Assembly: GCA_964016885.1 (NCBI GenBank)
Contig: OZ024742.1
Span: forward strand, 52,638,001 to 52,702,000
Reading direction: 5' to 3'
DNA from: Eledone cirrhosa
Lineage: Eukaryota
Length of the DNA: 64,000 nt
Shown: positions 1-15,253 of the stretch, one piece after another
How the letters are laid out: each line of letters begins with the position of its first letter
Position numbering within the stretch: position 1 is the first letter of the stretch
Notes under the pieces: generated by a model
Told to the model about the DNA's origin: nothing
The model's database searches: none
Seen by the model: the letters and a program-made list of their open reading frames with translations, nothing else
Position numbers and translations under genes: made by a program

Positions 1-26
1 TGGTTTGGTTACTCCGGAGTAGTGTA

Positions 27-130
27 AAATAAAGTTAAATAAAAGTCAAATGATTAAAATTTAGCTTCGTTTATTACTGCTGAGCAGTAATAAACGAAGC
101 TAAATTTTAATCATTTGACTTTTATTTAAC

Positions 131-137
<7 letters not shown>
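27..137. repeat. Perfect ~54-bp-arm palindrome (fold-back)
   Basis: 27-80 is the exact reverse complement of 84-137 (centre TGA); flows into (TA)n; arm is similar to 26415-26471. Confidence 0.95.
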
Positions 138-176
<39 letters not shown>

Positions 177-206
177 CTTATATATATATATATTTATATA
201 TATACT

Positions 207-243
<37 letters not shown>

Positions 244-264
244 GCATATATATATATACATACA

Positions 265-358
<94 letters not shown>
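138..358. repeat. (TA)n microsatellite, imperfect
   Basis: Direct reading. Confidence 0.95.
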
Positions 359-359
<1 letters not shown>

Positions 360-1194
360 AAAATTAAGATAGATTAAAAGAATTCAATCAGAATCGAAAT
401 TATGGGTGTCATTCGTTAACGGAATGCGCCATATCGCCCGGAAAATAAGCTCTAGGACTTTATAGGTACGAGCATTTTATAATAACTAGGAATTGATCAA
501 CATATATATAAATAAATATAAACATGAAAAATCACAGGAGATAATTTTTACAAGCGTGTAACCACGCATGGCTAGTAGGTAACAAATAAATAAAGTTAAC
601 TAGAACTTCAAAAATATATACCTTTTAATGAATAATCTTCCCTCTATATATTTCATTAAAGAAATATATTTCACCAATTAATCAGATATATATACAGATA
701 TATATCAGATATATATACAGATATATATACAGATATATATATATATCTGTATATATATATAAAATTAAGTATGTGTGTGTGTGTCTGTGTGTCTGTTTAT
801 TACCTATAGGGGCCTGCATCTTACGACCGATTTTCATGAAACTTTACAATCTCATAGATTAGTCATCGGGGAGTGTTTTATATATATATATCTAAATATT
901 GTAGCTACCAAACAAACAAATCCTCAATTGGGCGAACTTCTAATCAATACATACTTTTTTGCCAAATGATTTAAAGACCATATTGTCCATGTGAATAATA
1001 AATCTAGTGGGTCTGCTGCGTCCAGGAAGGAGAATAGTCTGAAACAAACTCGTAAAAACCTAGTTTGAAAGTAACATTGAAAGCCATGTGTACTGAGACA
1101 GAATCCTGGCATGAGCTTTTTTCTTGCATATACCGAATCTCTGTTGCTTAAAAGTTAAAAACCTAAAAACGTTTAAAAAAGATTATAATAAAAT

Positions 1195-1385
1195 ATTTCT
1201 GCAAATATCAAAGAAGCTAATGCATTTCCCAGACAATTCAAAGCCATTGGACAGAATGAAGATTATTCTGAGAATCTTATTTTCGATGTAGGGAGTGTGA
1301 AAGAGTATACCTTAGAGGGACTTTACTGCCATTGAAAAAAAATCTGTTTTAGGATTTAAAGCTGCCAAGGATAGACTAATTATGC
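1195..1385 (+). pseudogene. pogo/Tigger-like transposase relic
   Basis: Translates to SANIKEANAFPRQFKAI..EDYSENLIFDV...GLY...GFKAAKDRL, matching the Tigger SAD.EAA..FP / QIFN.DETGL / GFKAAKDRL motifs; frameshifted. Confidence 0.6.
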
Positions 1386-2217
1386 CTTCTCTCCCTCTCA
1401 TTCTCTCTCTCCCCCCTCTCTCACTCTCTTTCTTTCTCTCTATCTCTCTCTCTCTCATTCTATATATATACGTGTGTGTGTTTATATATATATAGTTGCT
1501 AAATTTTTCTGCACGCGTGTGTTGGTGGCTTTGTATTATCTGTAGATGTGTGGTTTTGTCCGTATGTGTGTTTATGTTTATGTATGGGTATATTTGTGTG
1601 TGTTTGTGTCTGTATGTATGTGACTTTTACTATTGCTTCTACATATGTGAGTGTTTATATATGTATGTATATATACATATATACATATATGTGTGTGTGT
1701 GTTTCGTATCCCGATATTTCTGTGAAGGTTAAGAGATTAGGCCACGTCGTTGTTTCACCCCACGCTACACACTTGCTATCCCATTAGCTCGACATTCTTG
1801 AGGAAACGAATGGTTGGTATGTTGTATAGAATTGGCCAAACCAGGAATGATGTCAATTTCAGGTGGGCTTGATAGAAGTTTGTAATAAACACGAAGACAA
1901 CCATATATCTTCATATCAGCTATTACATCTAGATTTAATATTGAGCCTATATTCCTACACCTATATTCTATTTTCAGTGTCTTATTTTATCCATGAATTT
2001 CGTTTTCAGTTATTATTTTTTTGTATGGTTTGGCAGAACGATTTCATCTATTCTATTTGAAGGTATTTATTAGAAAATATAATATACGTAAATTCAATAA
2101 TAAATATATGAAAATGTTCTTCGTCTACAGATTTCAATGGCTATATTTCGCATTCGTATATTTTTCTGTTCCTCTCTGAATTACTCTCTATTCATTTTTC
2201 TGCCCCCCCCCCCTCAT

Positions 2218-2297
<80 letters not shown>

Positions 2298-2420
2298 CAA
2301 AAGGCTTTACAACCACCACCAATAAACAAAATCAAATGTTCTTGCTTTTATTACAGGGAAACTACTGTTGATTTCATATTTTTCATATAGTTTTGTGAAA
2401 AATCTGGAATAAGTAATTTC

Positions 2421-3738
<1,318 letters not shown>

Positions 3739-3801
3739 CTCCTCAGCAGAATCGGCGAGAGTAACCGATCTAGGGACCTAACAAACTGCATAATAGGTAG
3801 T

Positions 3802-5457
3802 ATGGATGTTGTGTCCCTGTATCCATCTATTGACGTGGATTTTGCTGTGGAGAAATGCGTAGAAATGATCAGTGAGAGCAATGTTGAGTTCCGTGGGATT
3901 GATACCAGTGAGCTGGGACTCCTACTTAAACTTACCTATAGTAATAATTATCTAGACACATATGACCTTAGCAACCTGTGCCCTGCAAGTCCAACAAGAA
4001 GCAGACCACCTACCATTACCTCAATGGCCAAGAAAACCCACACAGATAGATGGAATGGGTGGACCAGAGCCATACGGACCCCCGAAAACCACGACAAACT
4101 AAAGAAAATTATTGCACAGGCGGTGGGGGCCAGCATAAAATTAACCCTTAAGGAACATATGTTCAAATTTAATGGAAAAACATATGCCCAAGAGGAGGGT
4201 GCAGCCATTGGTGTTAGCATTGCAGGCGACATAGCTAACTTATTCATGGTTTGGTGGGACAGTAGACTTAAACTTAAACTTAAAGAACAATTAGAAGACC
4301 CCTTAACCCTGATAATGTACTCCCGCTACGTTGATGATATAAACATCGTAGTTAAGACACCCCCACTAGAGAACAGTCAGGAACTAGAGAAAAACACAAT
4401 GGAAAGCATCCAGCAAATAGCTAACTCCATCCACCAGAGTATTAGAGTTACTATAGACTACCCAAGAAAACACCCCAACCATTGATTACTTGTACTAGAC
4501 ACAGAGCTCTGGTTAGATACCATTAATAACAAAAAACGAATCCTCCATTCCCATTATGCCAAACCCATGACTTCCAAATATCTGATCCACCGAAACTCAG
4601 CTGTTTCGGACCATACCAAAATCAACATACTGATTGCGGATTTGGTACGGGTGATGAGAAACGTGTCCCGCATGTGCAACCCCGAAGAACTAGAGAGACA
4701 CATACAACACTTCATCCACCGTATACAGTTCTCTGGCTACAATCAGAGAGATAAAATCAGAGTGTATAGAGGAGCCAGAACAAAATGGGAAAAAATGGCA
4801 AATAATGACACAAATGGGACCTGCCCCTTGTATAGGAGCAAATTTTGGAATAGAATAGAAAGAACTAGGAATAAGGCTAATAGAATAAACTCATGGTATG
4901 ATAGCAATAAATACCATAGTGTAATGTTCATCGATACAACCCCTAGAGGTGAATTAGCTTACAAATTTAGAAGGGCCCTAGATAAATATAAACTCAATAT
5001 TAAGATAGTAGAAAGACCAGGTACCTCCATAAAAACACTTATTAGCAAGACATACCCTTTTCAAAGACCCCCCTGTATAGATAAGAAATGTATAACCTGT
5101 AAATTAAGCCCTCATATTAACTGTAAAACTAGAAATGTAGTATATAGCATAAGATGTACTGAAGGATAATGTAGAAATAAAAATATAGTGTACATAGGTG
5201 AGACAGCTCGTACTGTAGGAGAACGGATAAATGAATACTGGCGAGACCTTCAAGATAGTAAAGAATCATCTGTACTCTACCAACATGCTAAAATAGAATA
5301 TAAGGGTAAATTAGAGAACATAGAAATAAAAATAGAATCTACACACAGAAAAGACGCAATGTTTAGACAAATCACAGAGGCAATAAACATAAAAGAATTA
5401 CAACCAAAATTAAATAGAAAAGATGAATGGAACAGCAACATCACAACTTACAATTAA
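3802..5457 (+). pseudogene. PLE1 RT + GIY-YIG endonuclease with in-frame stops
   Basis: ORFs 3802-4485, 4567-5169 and 5188-5457 are in one frame, separated by stops. Confidence 0.85.
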
Positions 5458-5658
5458 GGACAAAATGAAACCACACACGCACATAGACCAAACAACCAAC
5501 CAGTAACATGTAAATAAACAAATAAATAAAAGAATATAAACACACACAGACACCCGGATGTGGCGCATGCACAGACTGAGCACACAACACACACACAGAA
5601 ACAAGATGGCGTAGGACAGAACAAAGGAGAGGCACAAAAACAAAGAAAAGAATCCCCA

Positions 5659-5701
5659 GTCACTGAAGAGGTCACAGAATGTGTGACGAAAGAACTTTGA
5701 C
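5659..5701 (+). ncRNA. Minimal type I hammerhead ribozyme (PLE1)
   Basis: gtca-CTGAAGA-g-gtcaca/gaatg/tgtgac-GAAA-g aa c-TT-tgac; stem I gtca/tgac; predicted CUU cleavage triplet. Confidence 0.75.
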
Positions 5702-5909
5702 AATATATAAACAACCATCTGGTTGTGGAACCAACCAACCAACCGGAAATTTATAAATTCCTAAATTTATGAATTTATTATAATAAATTGAAATGAAAGC
5801 AACTGGTGCGTGTGTTTCTTATTGGCAACATGATCCTCCCAAAGTATAACAATATCGGTTTCAACACACTTTTTCAGATAAAGAATCTTGCTAAACAAAT
5901 TCAGAAACG

Positions 5910-5991
<82 letters not shown>

Positions 5992-6096
5992 AGGTATATA
6001 TATGTATAGGTATATATATATATATGTATATATATGTATATATACATATACATATGTATATATATATATATACATTTATATATATATATATATATT

Positions 6097-6978
6097 TTTT
6101 GGAATCTCCTAAAAAATAATGGCAAGGCAGACATATATGAAAAGTGGCTAAATTCTACCCCAATCATCCTCCCCAAAAAACTCAAAATAAAACCCATCCC
6201 GAATGAACCAGAAAACCAACAAAGACTTAGGGAAAAGATGGCATTGGAAAAATTTAAAACAGAAATAGAACTGTTGCGATTAAGAGCCAACTCCAACGAA
6301 GAAAAATTCAAGTCACTCGACCAACAGATGGACACAGAAATCTCAAAGCACTCTGAAGGCCTACTCTACAAAAAAAAACTAAAACTTTGGAAAGAAAACT
6401 GTGAGGATGAAGAACTAACATCCCTCCAGCGATGGGAAAAAAACGCCACCTGGTTCAACAACTACGAAATGGACTTCAAAAATGAACAACATACAGGTAA
6501 CCCATTTTTAAAACAAACTAAAACTCACACACCACATGCACAACAAATAACAAAAAAAGTAACAAAACGTCCAACATACCCCCAGCAAAACTATAACGTT
6601 AATCCCAGAAACCATAGACAAAACTATAACCCTACTAACAAAAATCAAAGATCCCCGAACACAAGGCAGGACCTGATCCGCAGATCACAACCCACACAAA
6701 ACCTATTCCAAAACCGTAGACCCCTGCCCACACAGAGCCTGTTCCAAAACCGTAGATCCCAACCCACACAAAGGAACCAAATCTACAACCCGGACTATCA
6801 AAAAACCGAACCTCAATACGTCCGAAACTTCTATACAAGACCACACAACAACAGGGGAAATACCATTAGATATAATAATACCAATGAAAAAACATTCCAG
6901 AAAAATCATTTTTTAGATCAAGGCTACAGGACTCACGACACCCGGTGGCACAAACCGATTTTGAAAAACCGAAAATAA
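6097..6978 (+). CDS. PLE2 ORF1 (charged helical N-half, Q/N/R-rich C-half with 36-nt repeats), 5'-truncated
   Basis: ORF track 6034-6978 (first ~20 codons are microsatellite); [12 protein letters not shown] repeats. Confidence 0.65.
   Translation, partial: FWNLLKNNGKADIYEKWLNSTPIILPKKLKIKPIPNEPENQQRLREKMALEKFKTEIELLRLRANSNEEKFKSLDQQMDTEISKHSEGLLYKKKLKLWKENCEDEELTSLQRWEKNATWFNNYEMDFKNEQHTGNPFLKQTKTHTPHAQQITKKVTKRPTYPQQNYNVNPRNHRQNYNPTNKNQRSPNTRQDLIRRSQPTQNLFQNRRPLPTQSLFQNRRSQPTQRNQIYNPDYQKTEPQYVRNFYTRPHNNRGNTIRYNNTNEKTFQKNHFLDQGYRTHDTRWHKPILKNRK
6909..6915 (+). promoter_or_regulatory. Candidate -1 ribosomal frameshift heptamer T_TTT_TTA
   Basis: In phase with ORF1 (caT TTT TTA); the -1 frame is open into the RT ORF. 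Confidence 0.6.
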
Positions 6979-9216
6979 TTAACATTTCAAATACAAACCT
7001 CTCAGCCCAACAAGTAAAAATTCTCTCCAAAGGTCTGAAATTCACACCAACACCACAATACCCTAACCCCAACGAGATAAATGACGATATCTCACACTTC
7101 TGTAGAAAATTACGTCTCACAGAGGAATTCTTTGACAAGGAGAATAACGACGAATCAATTGTACGGAATAAAAGCAGCTACAACCCAACAAAAGGTAGAA
7201 ACAGAGTTCTGGACAAATTTTGTGACCACATAGCTACCTTCCCATACCATGAACTACCGCAACCTAAACCCAAACCCAACACAAGTCGAAGGGAATGGGA
7301 GATTATCCATTAACTAAAAAACAATACGGACATTATAATTAAGGAAGCGGACAAGGGAAGTACTGTTGTCATTATGGAGGCTGAAAAATATAGAAATTCT
7401 ATGTTTTCTCTCTTACTAAATACTAATTACTATGAAAGAGTAAAAAAACTACCAGCAATCAAAAATAATGACCAAATTAAACACACTGATTTATCGATAC
7501 CAGGAAGACCTAACTAAAAAGGAACGCGTTTATTTAACAAATTTTGAATACCAAACCAGCAACCTTTACGGACTTCCGAAGATCCACAAGTGTAAAATAA
7601 TCAACGATGCCTGTAAACAATCCACCTCAGCCTGCGTGAACACACAATACCCCACAGACCTTAAATTAAGACCAATTGTAGCGGGCCCACAATGTGAAAC
7701 ACACAGATTGAGCAACTTTATAGACATACTACTGAAACCAATACTGAAACACATACCAAGCCTTGTAAGAAACGATCTGGACCTCTTAAACCACCTCCCC
7801 AAACATGTCAACAACGACACTATTATTGTGTCTTTCGATGTAGTGAATCTCTACACAACGATCCCACACCAATACGGACTAGAAGCAATAGGATTCTGGC
7901 TAGAGAAATATCCCAATGAGATACCTGACAGAATAGAAAAAAGCTTCATCAGCGAGGGATTAAAATTCATCCTACAGAACAACTTTTTTGATTTCGATGG
8001 CAATACTTACAAGCAAAAATCGGGGACTGCGATGGGTACAAAAGCCGCTCCAACTTATGCCAACTTAGTCATGGCATACTCAGAAGTCCAGATATATGAA
8101 CAGTCCAAATCAAAATACGGATTGAACTTCCACAAATATTTATCAGAGAATTGGAAACGCTACTTGGATGATTGCCTCATTCTTTGGTCCCACACACTCG
8201 ACCAACTGAAGGATTTCAAGAACTTAATAAACGGCATCAATAACCACATCCAATTCAGAAAGGAATACAGCCAAGATCAACTCCCATTTCTGGACATCTT
8301 AATCTTAAAAAAAGACACAAATATCGAAACTGACATACACTACAAACCAACAGATTCCAAACAATATCTGCTATTCACCTCCAACCATCCAAAACACACG
8401 AAGACGAACATTCCTTTTAACCTAGCAAGAAGAATTTGCATAATTGTCTCCAATTATGAAACGCGAAATAAAAGACTTCAAGAATTAAAGGAAATTCTAC
8501 TCGAGAGAGAGTACTCACTATTACTAATAAATAATGGAATAGAAAGGGCTAAAGCAATAGGCATTGATGAATTACGGAAACAGAAACAAATTCAAGGTAC
8601 GTCCAATATTCTATCATATATCTCAACACACAACCCAAGAAATGCGGAAGCTTACAACACTATTCACAATAACATCCCACTACTAAAACAAAACCCAAGA
8701 ATGAAAAAAGCCCTTGAAACACACAAAATAATCATAAGCAAAAGACAACCAAAATCACTGAAAACATTACTCACCAATGCCAAATTACCTACCACAAACC
8801 CACAACTAAGTATAAAAAAATATGGTCGCTCTAATTGTGGAACCTGCACTCACCTCATTGAAGGCAACACGTATACATTTAAATCAGGACAAAATTTTAC
8901 TGTAAAAAATCACTTCACTTGCTCATCAAAAAATCTACTTTATGCCATTAAATGTAAAGGATGCAATGAAGATTATATAGGACAAACTAAACTCACACTC
9001 AGAAACAGAATGACAGTTCATCGCCAACAATTACGAGATCCAACCACGAGACAGATACCACTAAGTGCACATCTAGACATTTGCGCAAGTAATAAGACAC
9101 CCAAATTCAAAGTCTTCCCATTTTACCTTTGCGCTAACAATACAACAGAACAAATGCGAATAAATAAGGAAAATATGTTTATTCAAAAATATAGACCAAC
9201 ATTAAATAAGGTTTAA
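6945..9216 (+). pseudogene. PLE2 RT-GIY-YIG ORF with one stop (7311-7313) and one frameshift (~7445)
   Basis: IINISN..LSKGLKFTPTP, then IIIKEADKGSTVVIM read past the stop, then ORF 7468-9216 in another frame. Confidence 0.88.
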
Positions 9217-9693
9217 TATACATTATGTCAACACCATAATATGATATACACACACACACATAACACCTTCTACTTTAGAAAATAAAAACCCGAACTAAAT
9301 AAACCTTAACATACGTTTGCACTGACAATACAACAGCAAACACGAATAAGGAAAATATGTTCATTCAAAAATATTCCTACTAAAGGAATCACTTTCCTAC
9401 ACACACACATACACACACACACAATATATATATATATATATTCTCTTCATCTTAACATGCTAACCATACTCCCACACACATAACACCCATACACATGCAT
9501 AACAACCCCCACACCTACAACTCCCTCCCCATTTGTACTAATAGAACCACTTTCCTACACACATATATATATACACACACACAAAATATATATTCTCTCC
9601 ATCTTAACATACTCGCACACACACACATAACACCCATATACACACACACACAACTCCCTCCCCCATCTCTACTAATAGAATCATCTTCCAATA

Positions 9694-9738
<45 letters not shown>

Positions 9739-10255
9739 ACACACAAGCACACAAATAAACATACATATCTTCACTTCAATAGAAAATCTGAACTCTGACA
9801 CCCCAGCGAACTAACCATATTCACTGAACCAGAACAATTCTCCCAATCCCTTTTCTCTTGACCACTAACTTTCCATTGTCATAACATTCACTATAAAGAC
9901 TACAGAATAGTTTTCCAAATAAGGGCGCAAATATGTAATGAAAACTTGTTCACGTGACAGCCAAATTTCATTTATAACCAACCAAAAAAAAGCCTTCGTG
10001 AGCCTCCTTTTTTCAAGTAAAAAGAAATTCAAACACTCATATATGAAAAAACAACCTGTGACAACCCCCTCCCCCCTCTTATTTGAAGAACTATTGTAAC
10101 GCGAACTGGCGCGAAATTTATGATAATTATTGACAAACCAATCAAATTACTTCTCGAAAAACCTGGCATTTCGAGCCACTTTTTCCATATAAAACAAGTA
10201 ACATTCAGAGACCAACCAGATGTGAGAAAAACCACAGACCCTCCATCTCAACTCA

Positions 10256-10293
10256 CCTTTTGAAAAGCAGAAGAACTGCGAAACCGGTAAAGG
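10256..10293 (+). ncRNA. Minimal hammerhead ribozyme, U3-A8 core variant (PLE2)
   Basis: cctt-TTGAAAA-gcag/aagaa/ctgc-GAAA-ccgg-TA-aagg; palindromic stem III ACCGGT; GUA triplet. Confidence 0.8.
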
Positions 10294-10424
10294 AACCAAA
10301 TAAATATATATATTTTTTAAAAAAATAAGAGTCCAGTTGCATTTTCGATTTCATCTCTTTTTCTTTATACTTCCACTCGTGTAGGACACCTCGGTTATTC
10401 TTCATTTTGTAAAAAAAACCTCAC

Positions 10425-10467
<43 letters not shown>

Positions 10468-10476
10468 GTGTGTGTG

Positions 10477-10510
<34 letters not shown>

Positions 10511-10562
10511 GGTGTATGTGTGTGTACCTATATATACATAGATTTAGACAAACACACATATA

Positions 10563-10636
<74 letters not shown>

Positions 10637-11383
10637 TGTATATATATATATATATGTGTGTGTATATATACGCGTGTTGGTGGTGTTTGCGTATGCATGT
10701 CTATGTAAATGTGTATTTTATCTCCTAATTTAACGCTGCACATCTACATCATGTTGAAATGAAATAAAGATGAGCACACTCCCAATGGCCATGTCATGAA
10801 AACCCTGGGAGGATACATTTCATACGAACTAGTTTAGCATGAATTATATTAATAGAGAACTAAGTCTCAAAGTTCTGCCTTCAAGCGCAATATTATCTCA
10901 GTATGATTTTTACCAACCAATCACCACAGCCAGTTTATCCTTCCATTACTAGCACTACTACTACTATCATTATTACAATCACCAATATCCTCGTCATTAT
11001 ATATACCATCTCTCACTCCCACCATCACCAATAACTAGAATAACGTCCTTAATATAATCACTAAATCTACTAGACATGACAGCGAAATTAATAGGTTTTC
11101 TGTATAATCACAAAATCTACTAGATATAACAGCCAGATCTTCAATCTTGATAATGTTACCCTAGGATCATTGCACACAGAAAAAAAAGGGATGGTCAGTA
11201 ATGATAAGATTACTCAATAAGTGCTGACCTACACATAAACAAGACCCCCAACAATCATGATTCAATGAGGAAACTATTACGTGCTGGTTTTATTGCTGAT
11301 GAGGATAATGACAATAATGGACCTAGCGATCTTGATGCCATGAAGATGGTGTTGATGATGATGATGATGATGATGTTGATGAC

Positions 11384-11431
<48 letters not shown>

Positions 11432-11766
11432 TATCATGATCAGGAAGATGATGTTGATGATAAACATCTTCACCATCATCATCAACATAGACAATCTTTT
11501 CAGATCACGGATAAGAAGCTATAACAATACACAAATAACTTGGTTGCTCCTGGCAGAAGAAGACCCTTTAGTCTTTTACGTAAATATCCTGTTCTACACA
11601 TTGGCGTATGTATGTTTAAGCTCGCTGTAAATATTGTCGTATATATCTTCTGTTATATTACCTTTATGTGTTTAGGATTGCTGTAAACATTGTCGTATAT
11701 ACACATATATACTCTGTTCTACACATTACCTTGAATATGTTTCAGCTTGCTGTAAACATATTCGTA

Positions 11767-11850
<84 letters not shown>

Positions 11851-11854
11851 TGTG

Positions 11855-11886
<32 letters not shown>

Positions 11887-11889
<3 letters not shown>

Positions 11890-12983
11890 ACAGAGGTGCT
11901 GTCAGTAAAGTGAGAGTAGGAATGGAGTTTAGTGAGGAATTCCAGATACAAGTAGGAGTACATCAAGGTTCGGTCCTCAGCCCGCTCTTGTTCATTATAG
12001 TCTTCCAAGCCATAACAGAGGAGTTTAAGACTGGCTGTCTCTGGGAACTTCTCTATGCTGATGATCTGGTTCTTATAGCAGAATCAGTAGAGGAGCGAGA
12101 GAAGAAATTCTGGCTATGGAAACACCAGTTGGAATCAAGAGGACTGAGAGTGAACCTAGCTAAGACAAGAGGGTTGATAAGTAGAAAAGAGGACAAAAGT
12201 CTGATTCCATCAGGGAAATTGCCATGTTCGATATGTAGAGGAGGAACTGGCATAAATTCTATGAAATGTACACAATGCAGATCTTGGGTGTACAATATAT
12301 GTAGTGGGATAGTAGGCAAACTAACAGGTAGGGAAAACTACATATGCAGTAGATGTACAGGGAAATTTGACAGTAGAAGTCGCAGTGATAGACACATTTT
12401 TCAAATGCAGGTGGGTTCTACAGAATTTGTTGTTACCTAGGTGATTAGATTAGCATGGGGGGGTTCCGAGGCCATAGTATCTAGAATAAGGACGGTTTCT
12501 CCCTGCGTACGAAAGGCCGGTTATATGATGCCTGTGTGAGATGCGCGATGCTGCATGGTAGTGAAACATGGGCAGCGACTACAGAAGATATGCGACAGCT
12601 GGAGAGAAATGAAGCAAGTATACTCCGTTGGATGTATAATATCAATGTGTGTGAACGACCAAGCATAGATGAGTTGAGAGAGAAACTGTGTATAAGAGGG
12701 ATAAGTTGTGGTGTGCGGGAGAGAAGACTGAGATGGTATGGACATGTGATGCGCATGGAGGATGACCGATGGATAAAGAAGTGCCAAGAAATCCCAGTAG
12801 AAGGAAGACGCAGGAGAGGAAGACCACGAAAAATATGGGCGGGGGTGGTGAGAACAGACCTCAGATCGCTGAAGCTCAGGGAGGAGATGACGAAGGACCG
12901 TGACAAGTGGAGAGATGCTGTGCTAAATAAGACCCGTCCTACCCTTGCAAGCAGGGAACAGCGGACGTAAAATGATGATGATG

Positions 12984-12984
<1 letters not shown>
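11887..12984 (+). mobile_element. RTE-clade LINE, 5'-truncated, with PHD-like Cys insertion
   Basis: VGVHQGSVLSPLLF, LLYADD, C..C...C..C...C...C..C, MLHGSETW, RLRWYGHVMR, RRGRPRKIW; (ATG)n tail. Confidence 0.9.
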
Positions 12985-13039
<55 letters not shown>

Positions 13040-14044
13040 ACAATTGTACATATTTAAGCTTATTGTAAACATTGTTTGCAGCTTAAATTAAATGACAACT
13101 AGGTTTGGAAGAAAAATCATTACGGTTAACAAAAATTATTTTAATAATATTCACAATTGTGTTTTACTATTTTATTTGATAATTTTATTAGATAATTTTA
13201 AAATATTTTTTTAATATTTTATCAAATGATTTGTTTCAAATCTAACATCTTTACTTAGTTTAAATTTATCTAATTTCCCCGTCCCTCCTCTCAACCTATC
13301 GAATCAGACATTAAATAAAAACAAAATTAAACTATTATCCAATATGCACGACTGTTTTTATCTGTCTCACAGAAATCCAATGCTAGTTTTGGGCTTATGT
13401 TAGAACTAAAGCGCGGTAAGTTGGCATATTTTATAGGGCCTGAACCTAATTGCCATGCAGTATTTAATTACGTCTTTAAGTACTGAGTTCGAATCTTGGC
13501 GAAGTTATTCATCAGTAAGAAGTGTATAATAGAAAATAACAGTCACGTCGCAGAGGTCGATAAAATTTCTGTAGTTTACAAATTTTAGAAACAATTATTA
13601 ATATTAATTACATACAAAAATAGAAATTCAAATATTTATTTCTGCCCAGAATGATTTGAAGAAAAATACAATTACCATGGTTTTATTCTATACAGACAGT
13701 AAATGTTTTCAACCTATATTTTGATATGAAGGATGCAAATTCAGAGAGTCGTTAGAAGGTCGATAAAAAAGTACGGTCAAATGCTATGTGGACCGTTCAC
13801 CCGTACCTACTGATTGAGTCGTATGAGCGCCGTCGTGGCATACAGTATCTTCCGCATTTTAAATCTAGCTGGACCTATCCGTCTCCAAGTGTAAACGCAG
13901 CTCATTTTTCCAGAAAAGGATATATATTTGTATATATATATATATATATATAACGAAGGAAATGTGGTAAGGAACCAGGTGGACCATAACGCACCAAAGT
14001 ACTTAATACTTGAGGTAGTAGAGTGGGTAATAGGAACCAGTAAG

Positions 14045-14138
14045 ACCCCGACAGCTGAGCTCAAGCCGTTTCGACGGCTAATTCTGGACTAAATGAAAAT
14101 TTATCCTGGTATTTAAATAGCCGATCTTCTCAAGGGGT
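14045..14138 (-). ncRNA. Hammerhead ribozyme in PLE3 3' pLTR
   Basis: Reverse complement of the motif at 18722-18815. Confidence 0.8.
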
Positions 14139-15253
14139 AATTCCATATATGGTCAAAGTGATTGTCAAAAATCAGTAGTAATTCTGTGGTTGCAAATTAG
14201 TAGGGGAGATGGTGGCTAAACCTGCCAGTAGGAGAAAGAGGGGAGGGGGTGGAGTAGCCCCAATCAAGCGTTTGTAGTGCCAGCTACAGCTGGGCATGAG
14301 GTCAAAGAAGATACAGGGGAGGGGGAGGGGGGTCGGAACGGTAGGTAGAACAATGGGGGGTAGAAATAATACTGAGAGTGAAGAAAAGCAAATAAGTGTA
14401 AAGAAAAACAAATGAGTGTAAAGAAAAAAGTAAAGTAAATTAAATTCTACGACCTAGGTCTCTAGCTATTGTTAGTCTAGAAAAAATAAATAAAGAAAGA
14501 AAGAAAGAAGTAAAGAAAGAAATAAAGAAATAACGAAATAAGTAAAAGAACTAGGTGGGACGGATAAGGCGAGGACCCTTTTAAGAGGTATAAGTACGTA
14601 AATGATACGGTGACGGGTCAACAAAAGGGGCCAAAATACTAAAGAGACTACCACGAAATAAACAATAAAGGTTTCCATCCCGGGCACAATTCCGGCAACC
14701 ACCCAGTGCAGCAAAGTGAACTAATACGAGATAATAATTCTGAGTCCCGAGAAAAATATATACTAATGCTAACTCTAAAAGATCTAAAACAAGCTACATG
14801 AAAGTTCGTACGAAGTAAAAGTAGAATACGGAAGAATAAATTCAGAATCCACCCCGCCCAAAAGAAAAGCGAAGAAAGAAATACTGAAACGAAAAAATAA
14901 GGCATAAGTGCCACTAAGAAATATAGAGGGCACAGAGAGTAGTGGGAGCGGTCGGAAAAGGGGGACAAGTATCCGGGGTCTAAACCAACTGCTATAAAGG
15001 GCGGAGTCCGCCAAATCTATCCTAGACTAGGGGAGGGGGTGGGGGTACTAAGGCTACAAGGGGCCAAAGGGCAGCCTCGGGTGGGCGAGAAAAGACGCCG
15101 ACAAAGGAGAAGAGCTGGGGTAGAAGGACTAAGGAGAGAGGGGGGGAAGGAAGGAAATAAAGGAAGCGATAAAAGAATACAAAGAAGATCTTACGTCTCC
15201 CTTGGCAAGCAGGGGTTACCCATTGCAAAATCGGCAAGTGGGGTGTTATAGCC

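Larger units (their letters stand above)
3739..5912 (+). mobile_element. Penelope-like retroelement PLE1, 5'-truncated
   Basis: RT motifs DVVSLYPSI, GAAIG..IAGDIANLFM, YSRYVDD; Cys cluster; C-terminal GIY-YIG (VVYSIRC...YIGET); HHR in 3' region; ends in (TA)n. Confidence 0.9.
6097..10430 (+). mobile_element. Penelope-like retroelement PLE2 (Neptune-like)
   Basis: Upstream ORF plus RT (ADKG, LYGLPKIHK, GTAMGTKAAPTYANL, RYLDD), Cys cluster, GIY-YIG (LLYAIKC...YIGQT), long 3' UTR with HHR; flanked by (TA)n. Confidence 0.92.

Noticed and set aside
770-900. Helentron/DINE-like core (accgattttcatgaaacttt after GT repeats)
   Set aside because: Only a short motif resemblance; no termini or second copy in the window
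12200-12365. PHD-like Cys cluster as a captured host exon
   Set aside because: In frame within the RTE ORF, with no splice signals; treated as part of the element
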